Source: Octopus vulgaris (lineage: Eukaryota). From it: a DNA stretch of 64,000 bases. The DNA lies in NCBI GenBank assembly GCA_951406725.2, contig OX597826.1, forward strand, positions 47,678,001 to 47,742,000, in the 5' to 3' direction. Under the pieces are notes generated by a model. That model worked only from the letters and a program-made list of their open reading frames with translations, was not told where the DNA came from and made no database searches. The stretch's first letter is position 1. Every line of letters begins with the position of its first letter. The translations under genes and the position numbers were made by a program. Shown here piece after piece: positions 39,708-52,502 of this stretch.

Positions 39708-40671
39708 TAAAAATAATAATAATAATGATAAAAATAATAATAATAATGATAAAAATAATAATAATAATGATAAAAATAATAATAATAATGATGATAATAA
39801 AAATAATAATAATGATGATGATGATGATGATAACGGTATTGCTATTATTTGTGCTATTGCAATTTGTGGTTTTTGCTATTATACAGTCTTATTGTCATCA
39901 ACCTGTGATATGAAAAAACACGTTTGTTTTCCTTGCTGTTTGTTATTGTTGGTGAGTTTATTGTTCAAATTTACTGCGTTTGGTGTTGATAAATGTGTGT
40001 GAGCATGTATGTATGTATTATGTATGTATGCATGTATAAGCCTGTATAAAAGTTTCATTGTTGTATGTGTGTATGTGTGTGTGTTTGTGTGTGTGTTTTA
40101 TATATTTTCTTTTTAATGTTTAATTTAGTGTCGTTTTTCTTTTACTTGGATCGTTTGTTTCTATTTAGAGAAGTAAACATACAAATATATTAAAATATTA
40201 CGTTACAAAAAAAACATGACAAAAATCTTTAAAGCAAGCAAGCAACCAATAAACAAACAAAAAATAAATACATAAATGTATATAAAATATCGGAGAAAAA
40301 CTTGTTATAAACCACTTCGAAAAATCAATCTAATTTTTATTATAAATTTATATATTTTTTAATTTATAAAAAAAAAATTCATTGTTAAATATTATATTTT
40401 TTTAAAAATACAGAAAATATATTAATAAAAAATAAGGAGAATAATATCTGACTAAAATAAAAATTATTTAAAAAAAAATTCTGTAAATATTTTGCAGAGA
40501 AACTTAGAAGAATATAAGAATAGCTGTCTTTTAAACGTGGCTTCTGCTGTTGCAATTATAGAGGAAGGATAACAATAGCCAATGGTGAGGTCGGTGGATG
40601 GATGTGTCGGGGGTGATTTTGGTAGGTTTGCAGGGTTTAGAATTGAGAATGAATAAATATTAAATGAAATG

Positions 40672-40724
<53 letters not shown>

Positions 40725-40746
40725 GATAATAATAATAATAATAATT

Positions 40747-40777
<31 letters not shown>

Positions 40778-40785
40778 TAATAATA

Positions 40786-40837
<52 letters not shown>

Positions 40838-41394
40838 TGATGATGATGATAATAATAACAGTGTTGATGATGGTGACGATGATGATGAGGATGATAAATG
40901 GAAGAAATCCATTCTTAGTTTTAATTGTTATCATTGAAAAAAATAAACGTGAGCCATGTTTGAAGATGTCTTTATGATATTAATTTAGAGTCTATTCCGG
41001 GGGGAATTGACGAAAAACATTCGTCCCCCGTGGACCAGGAGTAGGGTGGTAAGCAAAACAACAAAGCTATGACAATTTGGATAATATTTCTCATTTTCTT
41101 TATATTTAGCTATTTCTGTCTTTCGATGTTTTCTATTTTGTCCTTCCCTCTTTCTTTCTTTCTTCACATGATAATTTAAAATTAACAGTAAAAATGGGGA
41201 TTTATAACACAGAAATTCAGAGGATGGAACAGGAAAAAAAAAAACGATAAGTAAAAGTAATTTTGGTGGTGTTTGACATCAGTTTGCAAAAGTACAAAGA
41301 TAAACTAATTTTATTTTAAATGTAATAAAATACTAGCTGTACCCATTGAAATTCTAAATTCCAAACGTCTTTGAAAACTTTAAAATTGCTGTAC

Positions 41395-42389
41395 AGGCGC
41401 AGGAGTGGCTGTGTGGTAAGTAGCTTGCTAACCAACCACATGGTTCCGGGTTCAGTCCCACTGCGTGGCATCTTGGGCAAGTGTCTTCTGCTATATCCCC
41501 GGGCCGACCAAAGCCTTGTGAGTGGATTTAGTAGACGGAAACTGAAAGAAGCCTGTCGTATATATGTATATATATATATATGTATGTGTGTGTATATGTT
41601 TGTGTGTCTGTGTTTGAACCCCTAGCATTGCTTGACAACGGATGCTGGTGTGTTTACGTCCCCGTCACTTAGCGGTTTGGCAAAAGAGACCAATAGAATA
41701 AGTACTGGGCTTACAAAGAATAAGTCATGGGGTCGATTTGCTCGACTAAAGGCGGTGCTCCAGCATGGCCGCAGTCAAATGACTGAAACATGTAAAAGAG
41801 TATCTATAAAGAACTATGAAATACATAAATATTTTGAAACTGTTTTTCTGCGTCGTTTGATTTTCGAGACAGCGTAAAGTCCGTCTATGTAGCTGGAGTT
41901 TTAGGCGTGGATAATTTTGAAAACTATATTCTTTGTTAGACACTTGCCATTTTGTAGATTTTGTATTCTCATATTTTTATTTTGACGTCGAAACGTTAAC
42001 GTACTTAAAATTGAGTTACATATACATAGGCGCAGGAGTGGCTGTGTGGTAAGTAGCTTGCCACTGCGTGGCATCTTGGGCAAGTGTCTTCTGCTATAGC
42101 CCCGGGCCGACCAATTTGGATTTGGTAGACGGAAACTGAAAGAAGCCTGTCGTATATATGTATATATATATGTGTGTATGTGTGTCTGTGTTTGTCCCCC
42201 AAGCATTGCTTGACAACCGATGCTGGTGTGTTTACGTCCCCGTTACTTAGCGGTTCGGCAAAAGAGATCGATAGAATAAGTACTGGACTTACAAAAGAAT
42301 AAGTCCCGGGTTCGAGTTGCTCGACTAAAGGCGGTGCTCCAGCATGGCCGCAGTCAAGTGACTGAAACAAGTAAAAGAGTAAAAGAGTA
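41395..42389 (+). mobile_element. two young SINE family A copies (41395-41802, 42028-42389)
   Basis: Near consensus, CpGs intact. Confidence 0.92.
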
Positions 42390-42700
42390 TGTGTATAAGA
42401 AAATTACTTTATCACTACTCGTGATTTTCTAATGGGACTATTTTATTAAAACTACTGAAAATTCTGTTAGTAATCTTTAAAATGGCATGAAATCGAAGAC
42501 TTAATCTCTCTTTAATATTACTTTATTACAATACGACTACTAATATAACTTTGCACTACTTTCTTATTTTTAAATCAGAGAAAATTGTATATAGCTGGAT
42601 TTGGACGAACAATTTCAGTGAACACTGTGAAGCGGATTCTAAAATTCTAAAACAATATATTAGTAATACGCATATACCCCACCCACCACATACACACATT

Positions 42701-43176
42701 CTATTTCTTTACTGCCCACAAGGGGCTAAATATAGAGAGGACAAACAAGGACAGACAAACGGATTAAGTCGATTATATCAACCCCAGTGCGTAACTGGTA
42801 CTTAATTAAGGCGGCGAGCTGGCAGAAACGTAGCACGCCGGGCGAAATGCTTAGCGGTATTTCGTCTGCGTTACGTTGTGAGTTCAAATTCCGCCGAGGT
42901 CGACTTTGCTTTTCATCCTTTTGGGGTCGATAAATTAAGTACCAGTCACGCACTGGGGTCGATGTAATCGACTTAATACCTATGTCTGTCCTTGTTTGTC
43001 CCCTCTGTGTTTAGCCCCTTGTGGGTAATAAAGAAATAGGTACTTAATTTATCGACCCCGAAAGGATAAAAGGCAAAGTCGACCTCGGCGGAATTTGAAC
43101 TCAGAACGTAACGACAGACGAAATACGGCTACGCATTTACCCCAGCGTGCTAACGTTTCTGCCAGCTCGCCGCCTT
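42701..43176. mobile_element. SINE B (+, 42808-43038) nested in an inverted SINE B (-)
   Basis: 11-bp TSD ggtacttaatt at 42797-42807 and 43039-43049. Confidence 0.92.
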
Positions 43177-43203
43177 TCATCACATATATATACATGCATA
43201 TAG

Positions 43204-43279
<76 letters not shown>

Positions 43280-43346
43280 CGGCGTACGTACACTTTATTC
43301 TCTTATATGTAAGTACACATTATATATATATATATGTATATATATA

Positions 43347-43911
43347 CAGACATGCAGGAAGTAAATAGACACCTTTAATTTTCAAAATCTTTTATTTGGT
43401 TGAAGGAGAGGTTTTCTTCTAGCTGCTCGTCCATAATACCCAAGCTTATGCAGATGTGTAACACACGTTCTTGGACTAACTCCTAGCTGTTTTGCAATGT
43501 CAGAAGCCTTCGAACGGGGTTCGTTTTCCACAATTCTCTTCAAACAGCGAAGCTTCCTTTAAGAGGGCCCAGGTCGGCCGGGACGAGAATCTGTTGATCA
43601 TTTTCCTTGGCTTTTGAATTGCACTGTAATTCTATTAACAGTAGCAAGAGGAATTTGAAGATTTTCGGCAATTTTTCCCTGGCTAAGATCATCCTCAGAC
43701 TGCCCAACAATGCGGCCTCTTTGAAAATCTGACGGTTCTGCTGAATTTTTTTGTGTGTGGCATGGTTACTCTTCGCAAATGTTTAATATAATGGCACCTG
43801 GAATGATAAAGAATAATTACATTGTAAATTCTCCACCGCTGAAAACATATTAAGACGCTTAGATCAGAAATTTTGAAAATTAGAGATGTCTATTTACTTC
43901 CTGCATGTCTG
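43347..43911 (-). mobile_element. internally deleted Tc1 transposon
   Basis: 42-bp TIR cagacatgcaggaagtaaatagaca.. with 2 mismatches; TA flanks; relic N-terminus [32 protein letters not shown] (ATG at 43763); catalytic domain absent. Confidence 0.93.
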
Positions 43912-43933
43912 TATATATATATATGTACACACA

Positions 43934-44080
43934 TTGGCGTTAGGAAGGGCATCCAGCTGTAGAAACACTGCCAGATCTGACTGGCCTGGTGCAGCCTTCG
44001 GGCTCCCCAGACCCCAGTTGAACCGTCCAACCCATGCTAGCATGGAAAACGGACGCTAAATGATGATGATGATGATGATG
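43934..44080 (+). mobile_element. SINE-like family C 3' part
   Basis: Aligns with the copy at 2507. Confidence 0.85.
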
Positions 44081-44190
44081 ACACATATATATATAATGCA
44101 CTGCTCCGTGATAGAAAGAGCAACAAAAAAGTACTCCATCTAATGAGAGATAAATATTATTTATTTAAAGGACACAATGCATGTCTTTAA

Positions 44191-44245
44191 GTGCTACTAA
44201 TAGTTTCATATGTTGAGAAATATCTCAAACATATTTATCAGGCAC
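44191..44245 (-). ncRNA. type I hammerhead motif with G8>A
   Basis: GUGC-CUGAUAA-[11-bp stem II]-GAA-ACU(AUU)AGU-A-GCAC. Confidence 0.65.
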
Positions 44246-44565
44246 AAACCACATATAACAAACTAAAAATACACGTTATAGCAACAAACGACGTTACTAC
44301 AGTTTTTAACCACTAAATCAGTGGTGATGTCGTTTCCTACGGAGCAGGCGTGATAAACATTACTGATGCATATAATAATAAAAATAATATATAAATATAT
44401 GCATATATACATATATGGGCATGCCTACATATATATGGGTACATGACATCATACAAACGTTGAACACAATGAGAAACGAAAACATAAAAACAAAAACATA
44501 GAAAACGAACTTTTTTCGAACAACGAAAATAACAGAGAAACAAGACAAGCAGCATAAAGAATATT

Positions 44566-44618
44566 CCCCTTCTTCAGTTGTCCCTGTTTCATGTACTCCG
44601 CGTCTTCGAAGGTAAGGA
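44566..44618 (-). ncRNA. 5'-truncated homolog of the pseudoknotted hammerhead
   Basis: UCCUU-ACCUUC-GAAGACGCGGAG..AGGGACAA-CUGAAGA-A-GGGG. Confidence 0.55.
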
Positions 44619-44824
44619 TGTATGCATGTATGTATGTATGTATGTGTGTATGTATGTATGTATGTATGTATGTATGTATGTATGCATGCATGCATGCATG
44701 TATGTATGTATGTATGTATGTATGTATGTATGTAGGGGAGAATTCACGAAAAAACAAAAGACGAAGACAGGTGGTGTAGAAAACAAACAGATATATTAGT
44801 ATAACGCTCAGGAATTTAAAAAGT

Positions 44825-44860
44825 CTTTTACGTTTCGAGCCTACGCTCTTCCACAGAAAG
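44825..44860 (-). ncRNA. minimal (dimer-type) type I hammerhead variant
   Basis: CUUU-CUGUGGA-A-GAGC(GUAG)GCUC-GAAAC-GUA-AAAG; palindromic ACGU stem III; A6>U. Confidence 0.6.
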
Positions 44861-45423
44861 GAACACAGAAAGAAACAAGGAGAGAAACAATTGTATGTAT
44901 GTATGTATGTATGTATGTATGTATGTATGTATGTATGTATGTATGTATGTACGTATGTGCCGCATTTAATTTTAAAGTATTTATTTCCAGTCAAATGTCT
45001 TACGAATGATTTAAATAATATAAATGTTGCAATGAGCTTAATTTTATGTAGCTCCAGTCTACTAAAGCAAAAATGCATATCAGCCGATTATTGATGTAGC
45101 TTTTCCTCCATCCACCTGTCACATTACCGATATTCCCTTGGGTCAAAAGAAAGGTTCAAAGGGTGTCGGGTCGTAACTAAATAGGCGCTTAAAACAAATA
45201 AGGAAAACAAGGTACGTGTTATTAAGCGTTCATGTGTAATAAATTAGTACTTTGATTTTGTTCCATAGTCAACCTTAGCAGAATAATATAAAATGATATT
45301 GATTATTTATTATCAAGATTCACAATTTTGCAGTAAGTACACATATGACTAAATTAACTGACTTTGTATATAGCCGGGACCTATTTTATCGATTCCTGAA
45401 ATTTATGCCCATTAAGATTCAAG

Positions 45424-45867
45424 CTCTTTTACTCTTTTACTCTTGTTTCAGTCATTTGACTGTGGCCATGCTGGAGCACTGCCTTTAGTCGAGCAAATCG
45501 ACCCCATGACTTATTCTTTGTAAGCTTAGTACTTATTCTGTCGGTCATTTTTGCCGAACCGCTAGGTTACGTGGACGTAAACACACCAGCATCGATTGTC
45601 AAGCGATGTTGGGGGGACAAACACAGACACACAATCATACACACACACACACACACACACACATACACACACGCACACACACATACACATATATATATAT
45701 ACATATATGTGACGGGCTTCTTTCAGCTTCCGTCTACCAAATCCATTCAGAAGGCTTTGGTCGGCCCGAGGCTATAGTAGAAAACACTTGCCCAAGGTGC
45801 CATGCCATGCACTGGGACTGAACCCGGAACCATGTGGTTCGTAAGCAAGCTACTTACCACATGGCCA
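45424..45867 (-). mobile_element. SINE family A
   Basis: Reverse-complement alignment. Confidence 0.9.
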
Positions 45868-46645
45868 GTCCTATCAATAATGGTTTCAAATTTTGGCACA
45901 AAGCCAGCAATTTCGGGAGGTGAGGTAAGTCGATTACATCGACCCCAGTATTCAGCCAGAAAGGCAAAGTTGACCTCGGAAGAATTTGAACTTAGAACGT
46001 TTAGTCGGACGAAATGCCGCTATGCATTTTCCCCGGCGTTCTAGCGATTCTGCCAGCGCACTTGTTCATTCAAGCTATGAATATTAAGATATGTAACTTA
46101 GTTTTGAATGTCGTTTAGAAATTGTTACTAAGGAATATTTTTAGTTGAAGTATAGTGTAGTATATCATATTACAATATACGACTAGTAACATCTCTGAAA
46201 ACTAAGATATATTTGTTCTTCCATTTTGCGACTAATATCAGCAATAATACTTACAAGGATGTGCTGGTGGATTGTTAGAATCGGTTAATACGTCAATATC
46301 ACAATATTCTCTTACTCCTTTAATTTAAGATATGAAATCGTGTAAAATCTATAGCTATAAGTATTACATTGACATTTTATTTATATGTAACATATTAGAA
46401 CACTTTAGTTCGCATGTTTTCTGAACAAATTCTGAATAATCCAACTGGCAATTAAACAACCAAAACTAATTTATTTTTCTGCTTCGTAGATATTTTTAAA
46501 TATCTATACTTTGTTAATCAATTTAATCATTTCTGTCTTGGTATATATGTATATATATATATACATATACATATATATATATACATATACATATATATAT
46601 ATATACATATACATATATATATATACATATACATATATATATATA

Positions 46646-46751
<106 letters not shown>

Positions 46752-47111
46752 AAGATATTAGATTTCCTTTATACAATACCATAAATATACGGCCAGCATT
46801 AATTGAAAACATACTGAAATAATCAAAAACGTAATAAGTGGAAATGTCTCTGAGAACCACCAGTAGGTCAATAGGTTAATGCTTGAATTTGACTTCATAC
46901 ATGGTATACTGTTCCATTGCAAAGGAAATTAGTACACTTGTTTTCCCAGAATCTAGATGAATTTTTAAGCAGACGACTGAAGCGTCTTTCCTGGTAAACA
47001 CACCGTTCGATTAAGTTCTACTCAAGACACATAAACAGGTAGCCCAATATTTAATCCACACTGCTTTTCTACAATTAAAAATTAATTAGCGTCCCTTTGT
47101 TGTTATTTAGC

Positions 47112-47743
47112 ATTACTATCACATAAGTATGGACAATCCTTGAAGGGCATTACCAAACTTCGGCATTAGAGAAAATTTTAATGCTCGAACTAGCCGACAC
47201 TGTCAGCTTTCAAAATACACCACCTTCAAAATCACGAACACAAACACTTCATTTGTACCAATCTGATATTTAGATGACTCCAATTGTTCGACTGCCTACT
47301 TAAAGAAGTCAGAAATGTAAGACGGTCCTCCAATGAAATACTATTTCTTTATTACCCACAAGGGACAAACAAGGACAAAGGGATTAGGTCGATTACATCG
47401 ACCCCAGTGCGTAACTGGTACTTAATTTATCGACCCCCGAAAGGATGAAAGGCAAAGTCGACCTCGGCGGAATTTGAACTCAGAACGTCGCAACAGACGA
47501 AATACCTCCAATGAAATATTAAAACAAAAAAAAAACATTGGATACACTCCCAACGACAATACCGAACCAAGCAGCCATTCAAGGATACACTCGGGGAAGA
47601 TCAGCTCCTACAGATTCATTCATAGACCCACTTCCAGCCATAAAGCGACTACAAAGCTGAAAGAAAATAAATTTGAGTGGTGGTCAAGTATGGCCGCAGT
47701 CCTACGACTGAAACCATCATAAAATTTAAAAGAATAAAAGAAT
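47112..47743 (+). pseudogene. CR1-like LINE 3' end, decayed, interrupted by SINE B (47341-47504, -)
   Basis: WTILEG/PNFGIRENFNARTSRHC..QLFDCLLKEVRN..; SINE TSD cctccaatgaaata; 3' UTR resembles the family A tail. Confidence 0.65.
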
Positions 47744-48160
47744 GTATAACAAAGCACACTTTTTGTCATTACCATGCAGTCATTTATTTAATTATTTATT
47801 TATTTATTAGATATGGTGTGCCTAGGACTACAATATCCGGGCGCTCTTTTAGTTTCCTAATGCTAGGCCAGGATTCGCTGGGAAAATTGATATTTTATGT
47901 GAAATAGATCGAAAAACCACGAAGTGGATCTCGCGTTTCTTCTATCTAACATCTCCGTTTATGCTATTAGTTGCATTTTGTATGAAAAACCAATTGACAA
48001 ATTAGCTGCCTTAATAAGCTGTAATTATAACTTAATTTCGCTTTAAGATTGAGTATCTAAAAAAATACTCTGGGACAGGAAGTATCGGTAAGTTATAGTG
48101 GTACCATTTATCTGAATTAAATCAGAGTGTGTAAAACGTGGGGTCGAATTAAGTGGTTTT

Positions 48161-48194
48161 GAATTAGCGTTAATTCGGGGGTATATAAGCCTAG
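48161..48194 (+). mobile_element. possible Helitron 3' end
   Basis: Hairpin gaatta-gcgt-taattc followed 14 nt later by CTAG|T; no 5' end identified. Confidence 0.25.
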
Positions 48195-49049
48195 TGTATT
48201 TACTGAATCAACTACATTATGTACATGGTAAATATTATAATAGAATTATGTAGAATTAGGTAATCGTGTGCGTGTGTGAATGAGTACATGTATGCATGTA
48301 TGTGAGTGAGTATATATATATATATATATACGAGTGAGTGTATGTGAGTGCCATTAGAGGATGCGTGCGGGTGGGTTCTCAGAGGTGTGGTAACATAATG
48401 TTTCTTCGACTTGTATCAAATGTATAAATACATTCTAATAACAGATCTAAGTGCTCACTTCCTCGGAGGTGGATGCTTTTGTACCTCCCTCTATTCAGGC
48501 ACTCGCAAACCGTTTGTTTCTCCTTCTCCACTTGTCACAATTGTTTTGTACAACACCCTAGCCCTCTCACTCACTAATACGACCAAATCTTTCCCCCGCA
48601 AAACATAATCCCCCAGGAATCTCTCCCCGTCCATGTTTTTCCTGCAGGTGTTGACGCTTTTATTGTGTGTGGTGTAGGTGTGTTTTCTGGGGGGGGGGGG
48701 TTCGAGCCCATGACATAGAAATGTGCGAACACACAAGATTTCCCCTAAACAGGTCGCCGGTCCATTTCAGGGGCCAAGAGCAGTAATTTTGAGTTAAAAA
48801 GAATATGTGTACTGTACTTTCGTATATCTTTACGTTCTGAGTTCAAATTCCACCGAGGTCGACTTTGCCTTTCATCCTTTCGGGGTCGATAAATTATGTA
48901 CCATTTGCGTACTGGGGTCGATCTAATCATCTGGACCCCACCTCCCCCAAAATTTCGAGCGTTGTACTTCGAGGAGAAAAAAAATATGTGTGACGTACTA
49001 GTTAAAACAATCTTTTGCACTTCTTACATGGATGGTGGGTCAGGGATCA

Positions 49050-49483
49050 TTCTCAAATAATTTTCATAGTCTTTTTTATCATTCCAAGTGCTCCTGTAGT
49101 CATTGGTATTGTAACTGGCTTGAGAAGCCACTTTTTTTGACAGGGAGCGGTTTAAGATTTTTTTGCTTTAGTATTATGATCACAAGGGATACTCATGTGT
49201 CAGTCAATAAACAGACTTTATTGTTTTGGCATTTTACAATAACATCCAGTTTATTAGCTTTCGTAGTTATGCTGTGTGTACAGGAAAGTTCCAAAGAAAC
49301 ATTATATTTTCTTCCTCAGGCTTGATGCTTATACCACTTGTCAACAGTTCTGATTTTATAATGCCAACAAATTAACCAATGTAGATAGTGACCAACTCTG
49401 TCATGTCTTGATTTATGTTCTACTAGTGCTAAAACTTTACACCTAGCGGTTAAGTAGTCCCTTATTTCAATCACAGTTTCACA
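49050..49483 (-). pseudogene. old Dong/R4-like fragment (zinc-knuckle to REL region)
   Basis: CKVLA..EHKSRHDRVGHYLHWLICWHYKI...KWYKHQ. Confidence 0.8.
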
Positions 49484-49521
49484 GATTATTATTATTATTA
49501 TTGTCATTGTTATTATTATTA

Positions 49522-49642
<121 letters not shown>

Positions 49643-49653
49643 TATTATTATTA

Positions 49654-49684
<31 letters not shown>

Positions 49685-49692
49685 CATCATCA

Positions 49693-49744
<52 letters not shown>

Positions 49745-49793
49745 CATCATTATCATCATCATCATCATCATCATCATTATTATTATTATTATT

Positions 49794-50284
49794 GAGTGAG
49801 AGAGCAGTGCATGCCATCAAAGTTACATTGGGGTAAAATATACGAAGCCCAGTATACACATCATGACTACCCGTCACATAAGGGTACACCAGGCACATGC
49901 ATCACAACCATATGCGTGTGACATGGAGATCTCATATCAAGATAAACAGTGCATGACCTTGCAGGTAGGGCCCAGTTAGAATTTTCTTCTGGTCGAGTAG
50001 CCCATCCCGCTCAAAAGGTCCCTGAATAAGGAATGCTTAAGGATGATGAACGAACCACCCTTGTTTCCACAGGTGAATTATCCAAACCTCTAAGAATTCC
50101 TTTCAACACATGGCTATGATGCACCCCCACTACGTCAGCTTGTGATCAGAGATGCACATATCGTCAGCCACTAAGGGACATGGTCAACTGGTTAAGGTCC
50201 AACAAGTGACAATGTACATGATAACACTACCAATCAGTTATGATCAGAAGCCACGTGAGCCACTGCCTGGTACTGCATCAGGGC

Positions 50285-50288
<4 letters not shown>
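49794..50288 (-). mobile_element. (AAT)n-associated non-coding element with both ends present
   Basis: (ATT)n directly abuts both termini. Confidence 0.88.
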
Positions 50289-50317
<29 letters not shown>

Positions 50318-50604
50318 CATTATTAAGGTTGCATGCTAACAGAATCATTACTGTGCAACACAAAATGGTGAGCAGCATTTCCTTTACCTCTATGTTCTGA
50401 GTTCAAATTCCACCTAGATTGACTTTGCCTTTCATTTTCTTGAGGTCAATGAAATATGTACCTGTCAAGTATTGGAATCGATAAAGTCCACTATCCTCCA
50501 CTCAAATTATTCCAGGCCAAGTACCTACAGTAGAAATTATCATCATCATCATCATCATCGCCTTCAACATCATCATTATCATCATCATCCTCGTTGTCAT
50601 CATT

Positions 50605-50960
50605 AAAGCTGTTACATGCTACATTAGTTAGCAGTTGTGCTGTCATGAAGTATAGTGCCAACAAGTCTCCTCAAATCTCAAAGAATCTTTCTCAGGAATT
50701 TCTCAAGAATTTTACAGTATGTAGAACTGAATTTTGCCACAGGTTAACAATGTGGTTCTTATTCTAGAATGGTTCACCCTATTAGGTAGCATTGTTATTA
50801 AATGTTGGGTGTTGTGCCAAATGCTCCAATTACCATGAGAGCAATTATCATTGTAGTGAATGAAATACAATATCTTCATCTTTCTAGTAAGATCCTGATA
50901 TTTCCCGATATTTCTCAATTTCTTTGGTATCCATTCTATTATCATATTGTATTGCAAAGT
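50605..50960 (-). pseudogene. highly decayed Dong/R4-like C-terminus plus 3' UTR
   Basis: KYQDL..VIGAFG-like motifs; UTR duplicated at 31523-31640. Confidence 0.55.
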
Positions 50961-51011
50961 CTATGATTTCTCACTGAATGATTATTATCACTATTGTTGT
51001 TATTATTATCA

Positions 51012-51042
<31 letters not shown>

Positions 51043-51074
51043 TATTATTATCATTGTTATTATTATTATTTTTA

Positions 51075-51129
<55 letters not shown>

Positions 51130-52460
51130 CATTATTTAACAGAACTGATGGGTGGATGTCAAATGTGTGGGATATCAATAAAAAAAAATACGATAATATT
51201 TATTTTAATAGTATCAAATTCAATATGATAACAAAAGAAGTCTCTAGTAATATTTGCTTTGAATCTATCATGCAGAATATATATAAAGTGAGAATTTAGT
51301 GATGTCAAATTTGACATAAAAATTCTGTGATTTAATGATATCCAATTTAATATAAATATAATTTTAAGGGATTTATCGTTTCTTTTTACCGTTATTGTTT
51401 TAAATTCAATATTTCCCTGAATAAACCAATATTTATTTCTATGTTCTGTTTTCCACTGTTCAAAGAATTCTCTTTTGTAATGGATGTATGGTTAGTTAAA
51501 CAAACAGCATGGCATCTTTCTGTTTACCAAACTTTCCATTAATCCAATGTTATTTATTAAACTGCAGTTATGTATTGAAGGCAACTATACTGCAGAAACG
51601 GTTAAAGAAGAGACGGATGGGAAAGAGGAAGAGGAAGGGAAAGAGGAAGGAGAATACGGATGGGAAAGAGTTAGAATTCCATTTATTTACCCATTCTTTG
51701 TCTGTTCTTCAGCACCACAGACAGTAAATTTTTGATTATTTAGCAAATACTGACCAAAACATTTGGTATTTCAATTAAAGTGGTCATAATACTTTGTACA
51801 AGAAATCTTGGTTCTGCTCAGTTAATTCTTTCTACAGCATCTTGTTAAGTAAATACATGTTGGCATTTTCACATTTTTTTTTTCTGTGTATGTATGTGTA
51901 TATACTATATACATGTGTGTGTGTGTGTGTGTGTATGTGTGTGTGTAAGGGAGAGGGGAAGAGGGAGTGAAATGGGGGGGGTGGGAAAGAGGGATTGAGG
52001 TTTGCTGAGAATTTTACAAACCAGAATCAGCTGACCTTTAACTAACCACATGGTAAATCCATTTCCACTGGACCCCTTGGTATGTTCTAGCCATAAACCA
52101 CAGATGGTGAGAGAGAGAAAGAGAGAGAGATACAGACAGACTGACAGACAGACAGATGGAGAAAGAGAGAGACTGACAATCAGACAGACAAACAGATAGA
52201 CAGACAGACAGACAGACAGAGGAGAGCAAATCAGACAAAAGAATTCAAACTATTAAGTTCTTGTTCTTTGCAAATTGCCTGTGTTCCAAGATAGATTTAC
52301 CCCTAATGAAGAAGCATAAATCAATGTCTTAAATATTTAGATATTCTGACCTTTCACCTCACCTCAACAAATTGTTTGCAGGATCAGAAATAAAACAAAA
52401 TACAGGGCTGTTCAAAACACTGATCCCCTTCTCCCCAACACACACACACACATACACACA

Positions 52461-52502
<42 letters not shown>

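Noticed and set aside
40990-41035. GC-rich hairpin (terminator- or Helitron-like)
   Set aside because: No U-tract or CTRR end, and too short for a pre-miRNA.
51690-51730. Possible 11-nt microexon (polypyrimidine-AG ... GTAAAT)
   Set aside because: Frame-shifting length, weak donor site, and no other exons found.
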